This document shows, one piece after another, positions 17,396 to 26,693 of a DNA stretch of 64,000 bases. Position 1 is the first letter of the stretch; every line of letters begins with the position of its first letter. The translations under genes and the position numbers were made by a program. Source of the DNA: an uncultured Actinomycetes bacterium. GTDB lineage: Bacteria > Actinomycetota > Thermoleophilia > Gaiellales > Gaiellaceae. Below the pieces are notes generated by a model. It was not told the origin of the DNA, searched no databases, and saw only the letters and a program-made list of their open reading frames with translations. The stretch spans positions 29,148-93,147 of the forward strand of contig CAWHPX010000011.1 of assembly GCA_963831405.1 (NCBI GenBank), given 5' to 3'.

Positions 17396-18406
17396 AAGAG
17401 CGCCTCACGGTAGACATCGGCGGTGAGGCGCGCCGTCCGCGCCCACGAGAAGCGCTGCGCCTGCTCGAGCCCGGCGCGCAGACCAGCGCTCCGGGTCGGC
17501 GAGGACTGCTGCGAGCGCCCGTCCGAGCTCGGGCGGCTCGGCGTAGGCGACGGCGTCGCCGCCGACCTCGCGCACCGCGGGATCGGGCGTCGCGACGACC
17601 GGCGTCCCGCAGGCCATCGCCTCGACGACCGGCAGCCCGAAGCCCTCGTGCCGCGTCGGGAAGATGAGTGCCGCCGCTCCCTGCACGAGGCGCACGAGCT
17701 CGTCGGCCGCGACGAAGCCGCGGACGTCGGCTCCACGCGCGCGGAGCTCGGCGGCGAGGGCCCTGTCTCGCTCCGGCCCGACGACGACGAGCTGCCGCCC
17801 CGCCTCGCGGGCGGCCTCGGCGGCGAGCAGAGGATCCTTCCGCCGTTCGATCGAGCCGGAGAGGAGGACGTAGTCGCCGCGCTCCCCGCCGCCCGGCCGG
17901 AACGCCGGATCGGCGGCGAGCGGCGTGACCACGATCTTCTCCGGCGCGAGGCCGTAGAGCTCGACGAGGTCGCTCTTCGTCCGCTGCGAGATCGCGAGCA
18001 CACGCCGTGCGCGCCGGGCGGAGCGCGGGACGACGAGCCGGAAGATCGCCGTCTCGCGGCGCCCCATCAGCGAGGCGTCGTGCTCGAACGAGAGGTCCTG
18101 CACCGTGAGAACGGCAGGGCAGGGAAGCGCGAGCGGCAGCGAATGGACGAAGTGCACGAGGGCGGGGCGCAGCCGGCGAAGCAGGAGCGGCACGCGCACG
18201 GCCATCCGCAGCTCCTGGCTCCGGGCAGGCAGCTCGACCGGCTCGATGCCGGGCGGCACGAGGTCCGGCCGGCGCGTGATCGCGGCGAACCGGAGCCCCT
18301 CGCCGACGGCCGGCAGCGCGCGCAGGAGGCTCGCGACGTAGGTCTCGTCGCCCGTGCGCCTGCGGCCGAGCACGTCCGCGTCGACGACGACGAGCGGGTC
18401 GCTCAT
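17392..18406 (-). pseudogene. GT4-type glycosyltransferase 1; one apparent +1 frameshift near 17478-17492 affecting the last ~30 codons
   Basis: MSDPLVVVDADVLGRRRTGDETY..., EGFGLPVVEAMACGTPVV. The conserved C-terminus GLRAGLEQAQRFSWARTARLTADVYREALL is in the adjacent frame. The span of 1015 nt is 1 mod 3. Confidence 0.75.
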
Positions 18407-19350
18407 GCCGCCTCGTCGTACACGGCCTGCGTCAGCCGCGCGGTCTCGTCCCACGTGAACTGCCGCGCGCGCTCGACTCCTCGGCCGGGAACGGCGCTCG
18501 CGATGCCCTCCTCGATCGACGCGACGTCGAGCGGGTCGACGAGGGTCGCGGTGCCGCCGGCGACCTCTTCGCAGGCGCCGCCGCGCGACGTCACGACGGC
18601 GGCGCCGCACGCGAGCGCCTCGAGGACCGGGATCCCGAAGCCCTCGTAGAGCGACGGATAGGCAACGCAGCGAGCCCCCCGGTAGAGCGACGCGAGCTCG
18701 GCGTCGCCGACGAAGCCGAGCCAGCGCACGTGGTCGCCGTGCGGCTCGACGCCGCCCCACCCCGGCTCGCCGACCACGCGCAGCTCGACGCCGAGCCTCG
18801 CTGTCGCCTCGATCGTGCGCGCGAGATTCTTCCGCGGCTCGAGGGTCCCGACGGCGAGCACGTAGTCGCCCTCGGCGCGGCTGCCCTCGGGCGTGAACAC
18901 GCCGTGGTCGACCCCGTTTCGCACCACCCGCACCCGCTCGCGCGGGATGCGCACGAGCCGCTCGAGCTCTGCCGCGGTGAACTCCGACACCGCGATCACG
19001 CGGGTCGCCGCCCGCAGCATCGCGGGCACGACTCGTGGGGCGTACGCGCGGGTCCAGGCCGGGAAGGTCTCCGGCTGCCGGAAGACGGCGAGGTCGTGCA
19101 CGGTGACGACGGTGGGGAGCCGCGGCCGGAGCGGTGCGTAGTACGTCGGGCAGTGGATGACGTCCGCGCCGAGGAGCGCCGAGAGCCGGAGCGGGTACCA
19201 CCAGAGCTCGCGCGCGAGCACCGAGGCGCGGCTCGGGCCGCCGAAGGCGACGGGCTCGATGCCGTCGAGCCGGTCGAGGAGGTTGCGGATGTAGCGCGCG
19301 GTGCCGGCGCGCGTCAGGCGGAGCGCGGTCGTGTCGAAGGCGACCTTCAT
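18403..19350 (-). CDS. GT4-type glycosyltransferase 2
   Basis: MKVAFDTTALRLTRAGTARY..., YEGFGIPVLEALACGAAVV, and a C-terminal FTWDETARLT. Intact 315 aa, with ATGA overlaps at both ends. Confidence 0.85.
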   Translation of the reverse strand: MKVAFDTTALRLTRAGTARYIRNLLDRLDGIEPVAFGGPSRASVLARELWWYPLRLSALLGADVIHCPTYYAPLRPRLPTVVTVHDLAVFRQPETFPAWTRAYAPRVVPAMLRAATRVIAVSEFTAAELERLVRIPRERVRVVRNGVDHGVFTPEGSRAEGDYVLAVGTLEPRKNLARTIEATARLGVELRVVGEPGWGGVEPHGDHVRWLGFVGDAELASLYRGARCVAYPSLYEGFGIPVLEALACGAAVVTSRGGACEEVAGGTATLVDPLDVASIEEGIASAVPGRGVERARQFTWDETARLTQAVYDEAA

Positions 19351-20412
19351 CGCGCGGACTCCCAGGCCCGCAGGTGGGCCTCGCCGTTGGCCCGCCACGT
19401 GAACGAGCGGGCGTGCTCGAGACCGCGGCGGACGAGCTCGTCCTTCCGCTCGAGCGCCGTCTCGATCGCGGCTGCGATCGCCTCCGGGTCGCGCGGGTCC
19501 GCGCGCACCGCGGCGTCGCCGCAGGCCTCGTCGAGCGAGGGGTGCGACGACGCGACGACGGGGACGCCGCACGCCATCGCCTCGAGGACGGGCATGCCGA
19601 AGCCCTCGAAGAGCGACGGATACACGACGACGCTCGCGCCGCGGTAGAGCTTCGGAAGCTCGGCGGGGGCGCTGAACCCGAGCCGCAGCACCCCCTCGAC
19701 GTCGAGAGCAGGCTGCGCGCCCCACCCCGCTGCGCCCGGCGACGGCAAGCGCGAGGCCGCCGTCGAGGTGCTTCCACGCCTCGACGAGCGTCGAGAGGTT
19801 CTTCCGGGGCTCGAGCGTCGCAACGGTGAGGGCGTACGGGCGACCGAGGCTCATGCGCCCTCCTTCCGGCACGAACTCGGGCCCGACACCCGGGTAGGCG
19901 ACGTGGATGCGGCCGGGCGGGATGCCGAGCGTGCCGGCGACGTCGTCACCCGTGAAGCGCGAGTTCACGATCACGACGTCGCAGGTCTTCGCGGCGTGCG
20001 CGTACTTCGCCCCGTGCATCCGCCGCGTGCGGTCGTGCACCCACTCCGGATGGTGCAGCGGCACGAGGTCGTGCACCATCGTCGAGCGCAGCCCGCCCCG
20101 CTGCGGCGGGTACCACCAGTCGCCGAAGTGGAAGACGTCGAGCTTGCCGACGACGCGCTCGACCGGCGGCCGGCCGAGCCGGCTCCAGAGCGTCCGGAGC
20201 GCGTGCGCAGCAGGCACGACGGGCAGCACGCGGTCGAGATCCACACCGGCGAGGGAGCGCTCGATCTCGCGCCTGCCGCGTACGCTCGCCGGCGTGAAGG
20301 CGACGATGTCGTGGCCGCCCGCCTCGACGAGGCCGAGCAGCGAGCCGCGGATGTAGTTGCCGACGCCGGTTCGCGGGTGCGAGAGCGGCGCGACGTCGAC
20401 GACGACTCTCAC
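19347..20412 (-). pseudogene. GT4-type glycosyltransferase 3; one apparent +1 frameshift near 19725-19742
   Basis: N-part VRVVVDVAPLSHPRTGVGNYIRG...ATLEPRKNLSTLVEAW is in one frame. C-part AAGWGAQPALDVEG...FEGFGMPVLEAMACGVPVV...FTWRANGEAH is in another. The span of 1066 nt is 1 mod 3. Confidence 0.75.
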
Positions 20413-23400
20413 CCCGAGGCCGGGCCGTACTGGAACGCGGCCACGAGCACGCCGAGCAGCCGCGGGTCGGAGTTGTTGAGCGCCGGGTAGTCGCTCGGAC
20501 GCCGCGCCGGCGAGATGTCGAGATGCACGTGGCAGACGCCGCCGGCCGGCCGGAGCGGGACGACGATCGTCTTGCGCGCGCCCGCCGGAAGCGCGACCTC
20601 GGCCGGCGCCGTCGTGCCCGTGATGCGGATGTGCTGCGTGACGCCGGCGAAGAGCACCGGGTCCGACCTGACGGGAAGGCGCAGCGTGCTGCGGCGGCAG
20701 CCGCGCAGAGTCCAGTCGGCGCTCGGCCCCGTCCACGTGTCCTTGTACCAGCCGCCGACGTCCACCCCCGTGCGCAGCGGCCCGTTCACGCGGTAGAGGA
20801 TCATCTGCTTGTCCTCGTCGGTCGCGACGGGCGTGCCGAGAACCTGCGCCGCCGGGTCGGCGAGCACGTAGCGAACGCGCACGGTGCGCCCCGAGGGATC
20901 GCGCAGGAGCCCCGTCGACTGCTGGATCGTGAGCTTCGGCTCGGAGCCGGCCGCGATCAGCGTGTCCTGCCCGAGGCGGTAGACGTGCTTGATGCTCCGG
21001 TTCCAGAACTCGTTCTCCCAGCCGCGGTACGGGTTGTTCCCCGTCCAGACGATCGTCACGTCGGCCTTCCGTCCCACGGCGTCGTCCACCCAGCTGAGCG
21101 GGACCCTGCCGATCCCGGTCGTGTACGCGGCCCGGGAGAGATTCGCGAACGAGTGGTTCCAGAGCTCGAGCGGCAGCCAGGTGAGGAAGAAGCCGAGCGC
21201 GACGAGCACCGGGAGGACGGGCGCGTAGCGCCGCGGCAGCCAGAGGAACGCCGCGCCGAGGCCGATCGAGACGGTCACGGCGACGAGCGCGACGTTCGGC
21301 CGGCCGACGGGACCGTCCCCGAGCCACCACCAGGGCAGGAGATACGGCGTGTCGGACTGCGCGTTGATGTTCATCAGCTTCAGGAACGGGATGACGCCGG
21401 GAAGCGCGGCGGCGACACCGGCGGCGGCCACGGCGGCGCGTGCGGGCCGCGGCTGCCCGCGCTCGATCCACGCCATGAGCGCGATGAGCAGGAGCGGCGC
21501 GAGGTAGAAGAGGTTGCGCTCCTCGACCCGCTGCGACCAGGTCGACGCGAAGATCGCGACCTCGACCGTGAGGAAGACGCAGAGCGAGACCGCCGCCGCG
21601 CAATACACGCGCAGCGCCCGATCGAGATGACGCGCGTTCGCGGTGAGGACGATCAGCGCCGCGAACGGAACGACCCAGAGCGCAAGGTCGAGCGACGCGA
21701 GGTGATAGGCGATCCAGCGCACGGAGCGCCACACGGGATAGGACGCATCGGTCGTCGTGACGCTGTAGCCGCCGAGGATCCCCGACGGCGACTGCCCGCG
21801 CGCGACCTCGACGACGACGACGACGAGCGCGGCGCCTGCGGCGATCGCGTAGAGCGGCTTCCACACGCCGAGGCGACGAGGCCGGCCGCGTTCGATCCAC
21901 GCGAGCAGAAGCGGCGCGGCGAGCGCTGCTCCCACGAGCGCGACCGCCTGCGCGCGCGTGACGAATGCGAGGCCGCAGACGGCGAGCAGGATGAGCTGGC
22001 GGCGCAGCGTCGGCGACTCGAGCGCAAGCACGAGCGCATACGCGAGCCACGCGAAGATCGGGTAGAACGCGTTCTCGGTCATCAGCGTCCCGCTGTAGAT
22101 CATCGGCGGGATCGCGACGGAGAACGCCGCCGCGGCGAGCGCCGCGCCGGGGCGCACGACGCGTCGCGCGAGCAGGTAGACGGGCAGCACGACGGAGCAG
22201 ATCGCGAGCACGTTCAGGACGCGGGCCATGTCGTACGCGTCCTGCACGGAGCCGAAGAGCGCGTACGCCGGCGAGATCAGGAGCGGATAGACGAAGCCGT
22301 AGTTGGCCGAGGCGCCGCGGAGCGCGAACCGGCCCGTGTCCGCGAAGCTCCGCGCCATGTCCGAGTAGATGAGCTCGTCGGCCATGATCCACGGCGAGAC
22401 GAGCCGGAGCGCGAGCGTGAGCTGCACGACGACGGCGACGATGTAGAGCGAGGAGAGCCACGCCCACATCGGGAGCGATCGCAGCCGTCCCCGGCGGGCG
22501 CCCGGCGCCGGAGCGTGGCCGCTCGGGCCGAGGAGGCCGAGCCCTGCGAGCTCCGGTGCGACGGCGTCGGCCTCGACACCCGTCTCCGCGGCGGCCGCTG
22601 CGACGGCGCGGCCGATCTTCGCCTCGACGGCGGGCGCTCCGGCCGTCTGCTCGAGCGCGGACACGTACCGGCCTGCGACCCGGTCGAGGTCGTGCTCGGC
22701 CCGGACGTAGGCCTGCGCGGCCTCGCCCATCCGCCCGGCGACCCCGGGCTCGGCGAGCCGCTCGAAGGCGCGCACGAGCGCCGCCGTCTCCTCGTCGCCG
22801 CCGACCGGCACCTTGAGCGCCACGTCGCCGGGGAGCTCGGCGAACCAGCCGACGTCGCTCACGACGAGCGGCTTTCCGAGCCCGAGCGTGCGGATCGCAC
22901 TGCCCGACGTCTCCCCCATCGTCGGCGCGCGAAGCTGCACGACCGCGTCGCACGCCGCCATGAGCGCCCAGAGGCGGGCTTCCTCGACGTACGGCTCGCG
23001 AAGCACGCCTTCGCCGTCGAGGCCGAGCCGCTCGAGACGGCCTGCGAGGTCGAAGCCGGGCGCCTCGGCGCCGACGAGGAGGAGGCGCGCATCCGGGTGC
23101 GCGCCGCGAAACTCGTCGAAGGCCCGCAGGAGCTGGGGGATCCGCTTGCTCTCGTTCAGATGGCCGAAGCAGCCGATGAGGGGCGAGCCCTCGACGCGGG
23201 CGCGCTCGACGCCGGGCGGCGGCCAGGCCGGATGCGGGATGTGCCAGAGCGGCCCGCCGTAGCCGTGCTCGCGGATGCGGCTCTCGACGTAATGCGAATG
23301 CGCGATGACGCCGGTGGCCCGGTCGAGCACCTCTCCGGCGAGCGGGAACTCCGTCGGCCGGATCTCCCAGAGCGGCGGGACACGGCCCTCGAGCACGCCC

Positions 23401-23747
23401 CAGCCGAGCATCCGGCCCGCCACGCCGGCCTCCCGCTCCATCGCCGCGAGATAGGCGTGCCCGTCGTGCCGGCCGATCGTCATGCCGGCGACGAGATGGT
23501 GGATCACGAAGTCGTGCAGCACGACGAGGCCGGGCCGGCGGCGCAGCGCGTCGACGATCCAGGCATGTGCGTCCGGATCGTTCCCCACGTGGTAGAGCGC
23601 GACGTCCGCGTCGCCGACCGGACGCGTGCGCCCGGGGCGCACGACCTCGACGTCGACGAGGCGCTCGAGGGCGGGCAGGAGGAGCGCGGAGTAGTCGGCG
23701 ATGCCGCTCGTCGACGGCGGAAGCGGCGAGAAGTAGGCGACCTTCAT
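20409..23747 (-). CDS. in-frame fusion: N-terminal GT4-type glycosyltransferase (about 23747-22560) + GT-C-like membrane glycosyltransferase with C-terminal extracytoplasmic domain (about 22469-20409; paralogue 2)
   Basis: A single stop-free frame of 1112 codons. It runs MKVAYFSPLPPSTSGIADY...GETSGSAIRTLGLGKPLVV, an A/G/P-rich linker, then MWAWLSSLYIV...ADELIYSDMARSFA...RVEERNLFYLAPLL...DPRLLGVLVAAFQY. ATGA/GTGA overlaps at both ends. Confidence 0.7.
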   Translation of the reverse strand: MKVAYFSPLPPSTSGIADYSALLLPALERLVDVEVVRPGRTRPVGDADVALYHVGNDPDAHAWIVDALRRRPGLVVLHDFVIHHLVAGMTIGRHDGHAYLAAMEREAGVAGRMLGWGVLEGRVPPLWEIRPTEFPLAGEVLDRATGVIAHSHYVESRIREHGYGGPLWHIPHPAWPPPGVERARVEGSPLIGCFGHLNESKRIPQLLRAFDEFRGAHPDARLLLVGAEAPGFDLAGRLERLGLDGEGVLREPYVEEARLWALMAACDAVVQLRAPTMGETSGSAIRTLGLGKPLVVSDVGWFAELPGDVALKVPVGGDEETAALVRAFERLAEPGVAGRMGEAAQAYVRAEHDLDRVAGRYVSALEQTAGAPAVEAKIGRAVAAAAAETGVEADAVAPELAGLGLLGPSGHAPAPGARRGRLRSLPMWAWLSSLYIVAVVVQLTLALRLVSPWIMADELIYSDMARSFADTGRFALRGASANYGFVYPLLISPAYALFGSVQDAYDMARVLNVLAICSVVLPVYLLARRVVRPGAALAAAAFSVAIPPMIYSGTLMTENAFYPIFAWLAYALVLALESPTLRRQLILLAVCGLAFVTRAQAVALVGAALAAPLLLAWIERGRPRRLGVWKPLYAIAAGAALVVVVVEVARGQSPSGILGGYSVTTTDASYPVWRSVRWIAYHLASLDLALWVVPFAALIVLTANARHLDRALRVYCAAAVSLCVFLTVEVAIFASTWSQRVEERNLFYLAPLLLIALMAWIERGQPRPARAAVAAAGVAAALPGVIPFLKLMNINAQSDTPYLLPWWWLGDGPVGRPNVALVAVTVSIGLGAAFLWLPRRYAPVLPVLVALGFFLTWLPLELWNHSFANLSRAAYTTGIGRVPLSWVDDAVGRKADVTIVWTGNNPYRGWENEFWNRSIKHVYRLGQDTLIAAGSEPKLTIQQSTGLLRDPSGRTVRVRYVLADPAAQVLGTPVATDEDKQMILYRVNGPLRTGVDVGGWYKDTWTGPSADWTLRGCRRSTLRLPVRSDPVLFAGVTQHIRITGTTAPAEVALPAGARKTIVVPLRPAGGVCHVHLDISPARRPSDYPALNNSDPRLLGVLVAAFQYGPASG

Positions 23748-24778
23748 GCAACGGCCTCGAGCAGGCGCTCGACGCACGAGTCCCAGGTGACGGCGCGGGC
23801 GACGTCGCAGCCTGCCCGGCCGAACGCGCGTGCCTCGTCCTCGTGCTCCCGCAGCCATGCGACCGCGCGCGCGAGATCGGCCACGGTCGGCGCCACGACG
23901 AGACCGGTCTCGTGGTCCCGCACGATGTCGAGCGGGCCGCCCGCGTCGGAGGCCGTGATCACGGGCTTCTGCGAGAGGAACGCCTCGTACGGAACGAGCC
24001 CGTAGTCCTCGTCGACCGGCGCGTAGTAGACCCCGAGGCAGCGCGCGTACAGGTCCGCGAGCTCCTCGTCGCCGACGCGGCCGGTGAACGTCGCGCGGCC
24101 GTCGAGGCCGCGGTCGTGCGCGAGACGCTCGAGCCGGTCGCGGTCGGGCCCGTCGCCCGCGATGACGACGCGCACGCCGGGCTCCTGCGCCGCGGCCTCG
24201 AGCAGCAGGTCGATGCGCTTCGCGCGATCGAGGCGGTTGACCGAGAGGATGAAGTCCTCGTACGCCGTGCAGCGAAACGCGAGCGGCGCGGGCGGCGGCG
24301 CGAGCACGTCGGCGGAGAGGCCCGTCGAGTCGTGCAGCCGGCCGGCGACGATCGACGACGTGGTGAAGATCTTGCGCGCCTCGCCGAGCGAGACGCGGTC
24401 CAGCTCGAGCACCTTCCGCCGCAGCGCCCGGTCCTCCGCCGACTCGGAGAACTGCCCGAGCTCGGTGCGGTCGAGGTCCCAGGCCTGCCGGAACTGGTGC
24501 AGGAGCCAGACGACCTTGCGCGGGTGCCGCACGACGTACGACGGGAACTTCGTGGCGATGACCGCGTCGATCGGCCGGCCGTTCGCCTCCTCCAGGTCGA
24601 GCAGCCGCCAGAGGAAGGCCTGCGTGAGCACGCGCTCTCCCGGATACCACTTGTACGGCACGGTGACGAGCTCGGCCTCGTGCCCGTGCTCGCGCAGCGC
24701 GTGCACGAGCCCGTCCGCGAAGATCTCGGTGCCGCCCCGCTCGAACGGCACCTGCGGCATGCAGACGGCGAGCCTCAT
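23744..24778 (-). CDS. GT4-type glycosyltransferase 5
   Basis: MRLAVCMPQVPFERGGTEIFADGL... and DYGLVPYEAFLSQKPVI (EX7E-like). Intact 344 aa. The upstream part of the track ORF is artefactual. Confidence 0.85.
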   Translation of the reverse strand: MRLAVCMPQVPFERGGTEIFADGLVHALREHGHEAELVTVPYKWYPGERVLTQAFLWRLLDLEEANGRPIDAVIATKFPSYVVRHPRKVVWLLHQFRQAWDLDRTELGQFSESAEDRALRRKVLELDRVSLGEARKIFTTSSIVAGRLHDSTGLSADVLAPPPAPLAFRCTAYEDFILSVNRLDRAKRIDLLLEAAAQEPGVRVVIAGDGPDRDRLERLAHDRGLDGRATFTGRVGDEELADLYARCLGVYYAPVDEDYGLVPYEAFLSQKPVITASDAGGPLDIVRDHETGLVVAPTVADLARAVAWLREHEDEARAFGRAGCDVARAVTWDSCVERLLEAVA

Positions 24779-25089
24779 CGACGCTCGAGCTCGTCGACCC
24801 GCCGCGAGAGCTCGTCGACGAGCCGCAGCAGCGCGTCGTTGACGATCCGCTGCTCGGCGAACGCCGGCTCGACGTACCACCGCATGAGCTTGCGGAAGAG
24901 CCGCTTCACCTGGAACGCGAGGCGGCCCTTCGCGCCGGGCCGGCGCTCGAGCGGCTTGTCGGCGCTGACGGGCCAGAAGCGCTCGGCGAGGGCGCGCATC
25001 GCCGCCGGGTCGCGGGCGTCGCGGTCGATCGCCCGCTTCAGCTCCTCGTAGACCCGGTCGACGTCGGCGTGCAGCTCCGCCTCCGGCAT
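24775..25089 (-). CDS. hypothetical small helical / coiled-coil protein (104 aa)
   Basis: MPEAELHADVDRVYEELKRAI ... RLFRKLMRWYVEPAFAEQRIVNDALLRLVDELSRRVDELERR. The heptad-like C-terminus suggests a coiled coil. Located between a methyltransferase and a GT4, with the stop overlapping the GT4 ATG. Confidence 0.6.
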   Translation of the reverse strand: MPEAELHADVDRVYEELKRAIDRDARDPAAMRALAERFWPVSADKPLERRPGAKGRLAFQVKRLFRKLMRWYVEPAFAEQRIVNDALLRLVDELSRRVDELERR

Positions 25090-25114
25090 GCCGCGAGATT
25101 CTAGTGCCGGGCTG

Positions 25115-25760
25115 TTACGGACTGGTTTGGGCCGTCGCGACCCACTGGTAGGCGAAAAGGCCCGGGCGCAGGCGCCCGAGGGCATGGGCCATCCCGTCGA
25201 GGAGATCGGAGCCGCCCGGCATCGGCGCCGAGAAGTCGAGCCGCACGACGCGGTAGCCGGCCTGCTCGAGCGCCTCCCGGAGGGTCGAGCGTGTGAAGAG
25301 ATGGGTGTGCGAGCGGTCGAGGATGCCGCGGTCGGTGTAGCGCCAGCGACCCGCGAGGAGCGAGAGGCGGATCGCCCAGTTCGCGATGTTCGGGGTCGAG
25401 AGGACGAGCCGGCCTCCGGGCTTGAGGAAGGGCCGCAGCCGGGCGAGGGCGGCGACCGGCTCGCGGAGGTGCTCGACGACGTCGCCGCAGAGGACGACGT
25501 CGAACGACGCCGGCTCGAGCGGCAGCTCCATCGTCTCGACGTCGCCGACGAGCACGCGCTCGCAGAATCGCTCCGCCTCGCGTGCGGCCGCCGGGTCGAG
25601 CTCGAGACCGACGATCGTGTTGCCGCGCTCGGAGAGAGGCTCGCGCGAGGTAGCCGCTCGAGCAGCCGACGTCGAGCACGCGGTTTCCCGTGCCGACCGC
25701 GGCGAGCAGCTTCGCGTGCGCGCGGTGACGGCGCTCGTTGAGCGGGACGTAGCCGGTCAC
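25115..25760 (-). pseudogene. class I SAM-dependent methyltransferase; one apparent +1 frameshift near 25636-25650
   Basis: N-part [40 protein letters not shown] (motif I). C-part LSERGNTIVGLELDPAAA...VVLCGDVVEHL...LKPGGRLVLSTPN in the next frame. The span of 646 nt is 1 mod 3. Confidence 0.75.
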
Positions 25761-26693
25761 GCGGCGTCCACCAGCAGCGCGACGAGCTCTTCGAAGGTGA
25801 CCGAGGGCTTCCATCCGAGCCGCTCACGCGCCTTCGACGCGTCGCCGACGAGTCGGTGCAGCTCCGCCTGCCCGCGCTTGAGCGACTCGTCGACGCGCAC
25901 GAAGTCGCGCCAGTCGAGGCCGACGTGCCCGAATGCGACCTCGACGAGCTCGCGCACGCTGTGCAGCTCGCCCGTTGCGATCACGTAGTCGCCCGGCTCG
26001 TCCTGCTGCAGCATCAGTCGCATCGCCTCGACGGAGTCACGCGCGTAGCCCCAGTCGCGCTCGGCGTCGAGACTACCGAGCGCGAGCTCGCTCAGCTCGC
26101 CTCGCGCGATCGCGCGCGACGGCGTGCGCCACCTTGCTCGGGAGGAAGCTCTCCGGCCGCCGCGGCGACTCGTGGTTGTAGAGGATCCCCGCGCTCGCGT
26201 GCAGGCCGTAGCGGCGCCGGTACGAGCCGACGATGAAGTGCCCGTAGGCCTTCGCGACGCCGTACGGCGTCACGGGCGCGAGCGGGGTCGACTCCGTCTG
26301 CGGGACCTCGACGGGCTCCCCGAAGATCTCGCTCGACGACGCCTGGTAGACGCGGATGCCGTCGTCGACCGCGCGGACCGCCTCGAGCAGCGAGGTGACG
26401 CCGACCGCCGCGAACTCCGCGGTCTCGACGGGGTACTCCCACGAGCGCGGTACGAACGACGGAGAGGCGAGGTTGTAGACCTCGGTCGGCCGGTGCAGGC
26501 GGAGCACGTTCACGAGCGCCGACTGGTCGAGAAGGTCGACCGCGACGAGCTGCACGCCGTCGAGCTGCGGGTAGCCGCGCGACGCGTCGCGCACGGCGCC
26601 GACGACGTCGTAGCCGCGCTCGAGCAGCGACTCCGCGAGATACGAGCCGTCCTGTCCGCCTGCGCCCGTGATGAGCGCACGGTTCGCGCTCAA
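25757..26693 (-). pseudogene. gmd: GDP-mannose 4,6-dehydratase; one apparent +1 frameshift in a CGCGCGCG tract at about 26108-26120
   Basis: [36 protein letters not shown] and [10 protein letters not shown] are in one frame. [26 protein letters not shown]...[12 protein letters not shown] are in the next. Deleting one nucleotide restores the consensus AVARIARGE. TTG start overlaps the flippase stop (TTGA). The span of 937 nt is 1 mod 3. Confidence 0.85.

Noticed and set aside
18403-23751. Very long six-frame ORFs, for example 1782 aa at 18403-23751, 1090 aa at 44211-47483, 1413 aa at 20409-24650, 1012 aa at 13766-16804, and many 200-800-aa ORFs rich in R/A/P/G.
   Set aside because: In ~72% GC DNA, stop codons are rare in every frame. 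These ORFs are mosaics of real in-frame gene segments and antisense or out-of-frame read-through with low-complexity Arg/Ala/Pro composition. Only the segments with protein-like composition and family motifs were kept.
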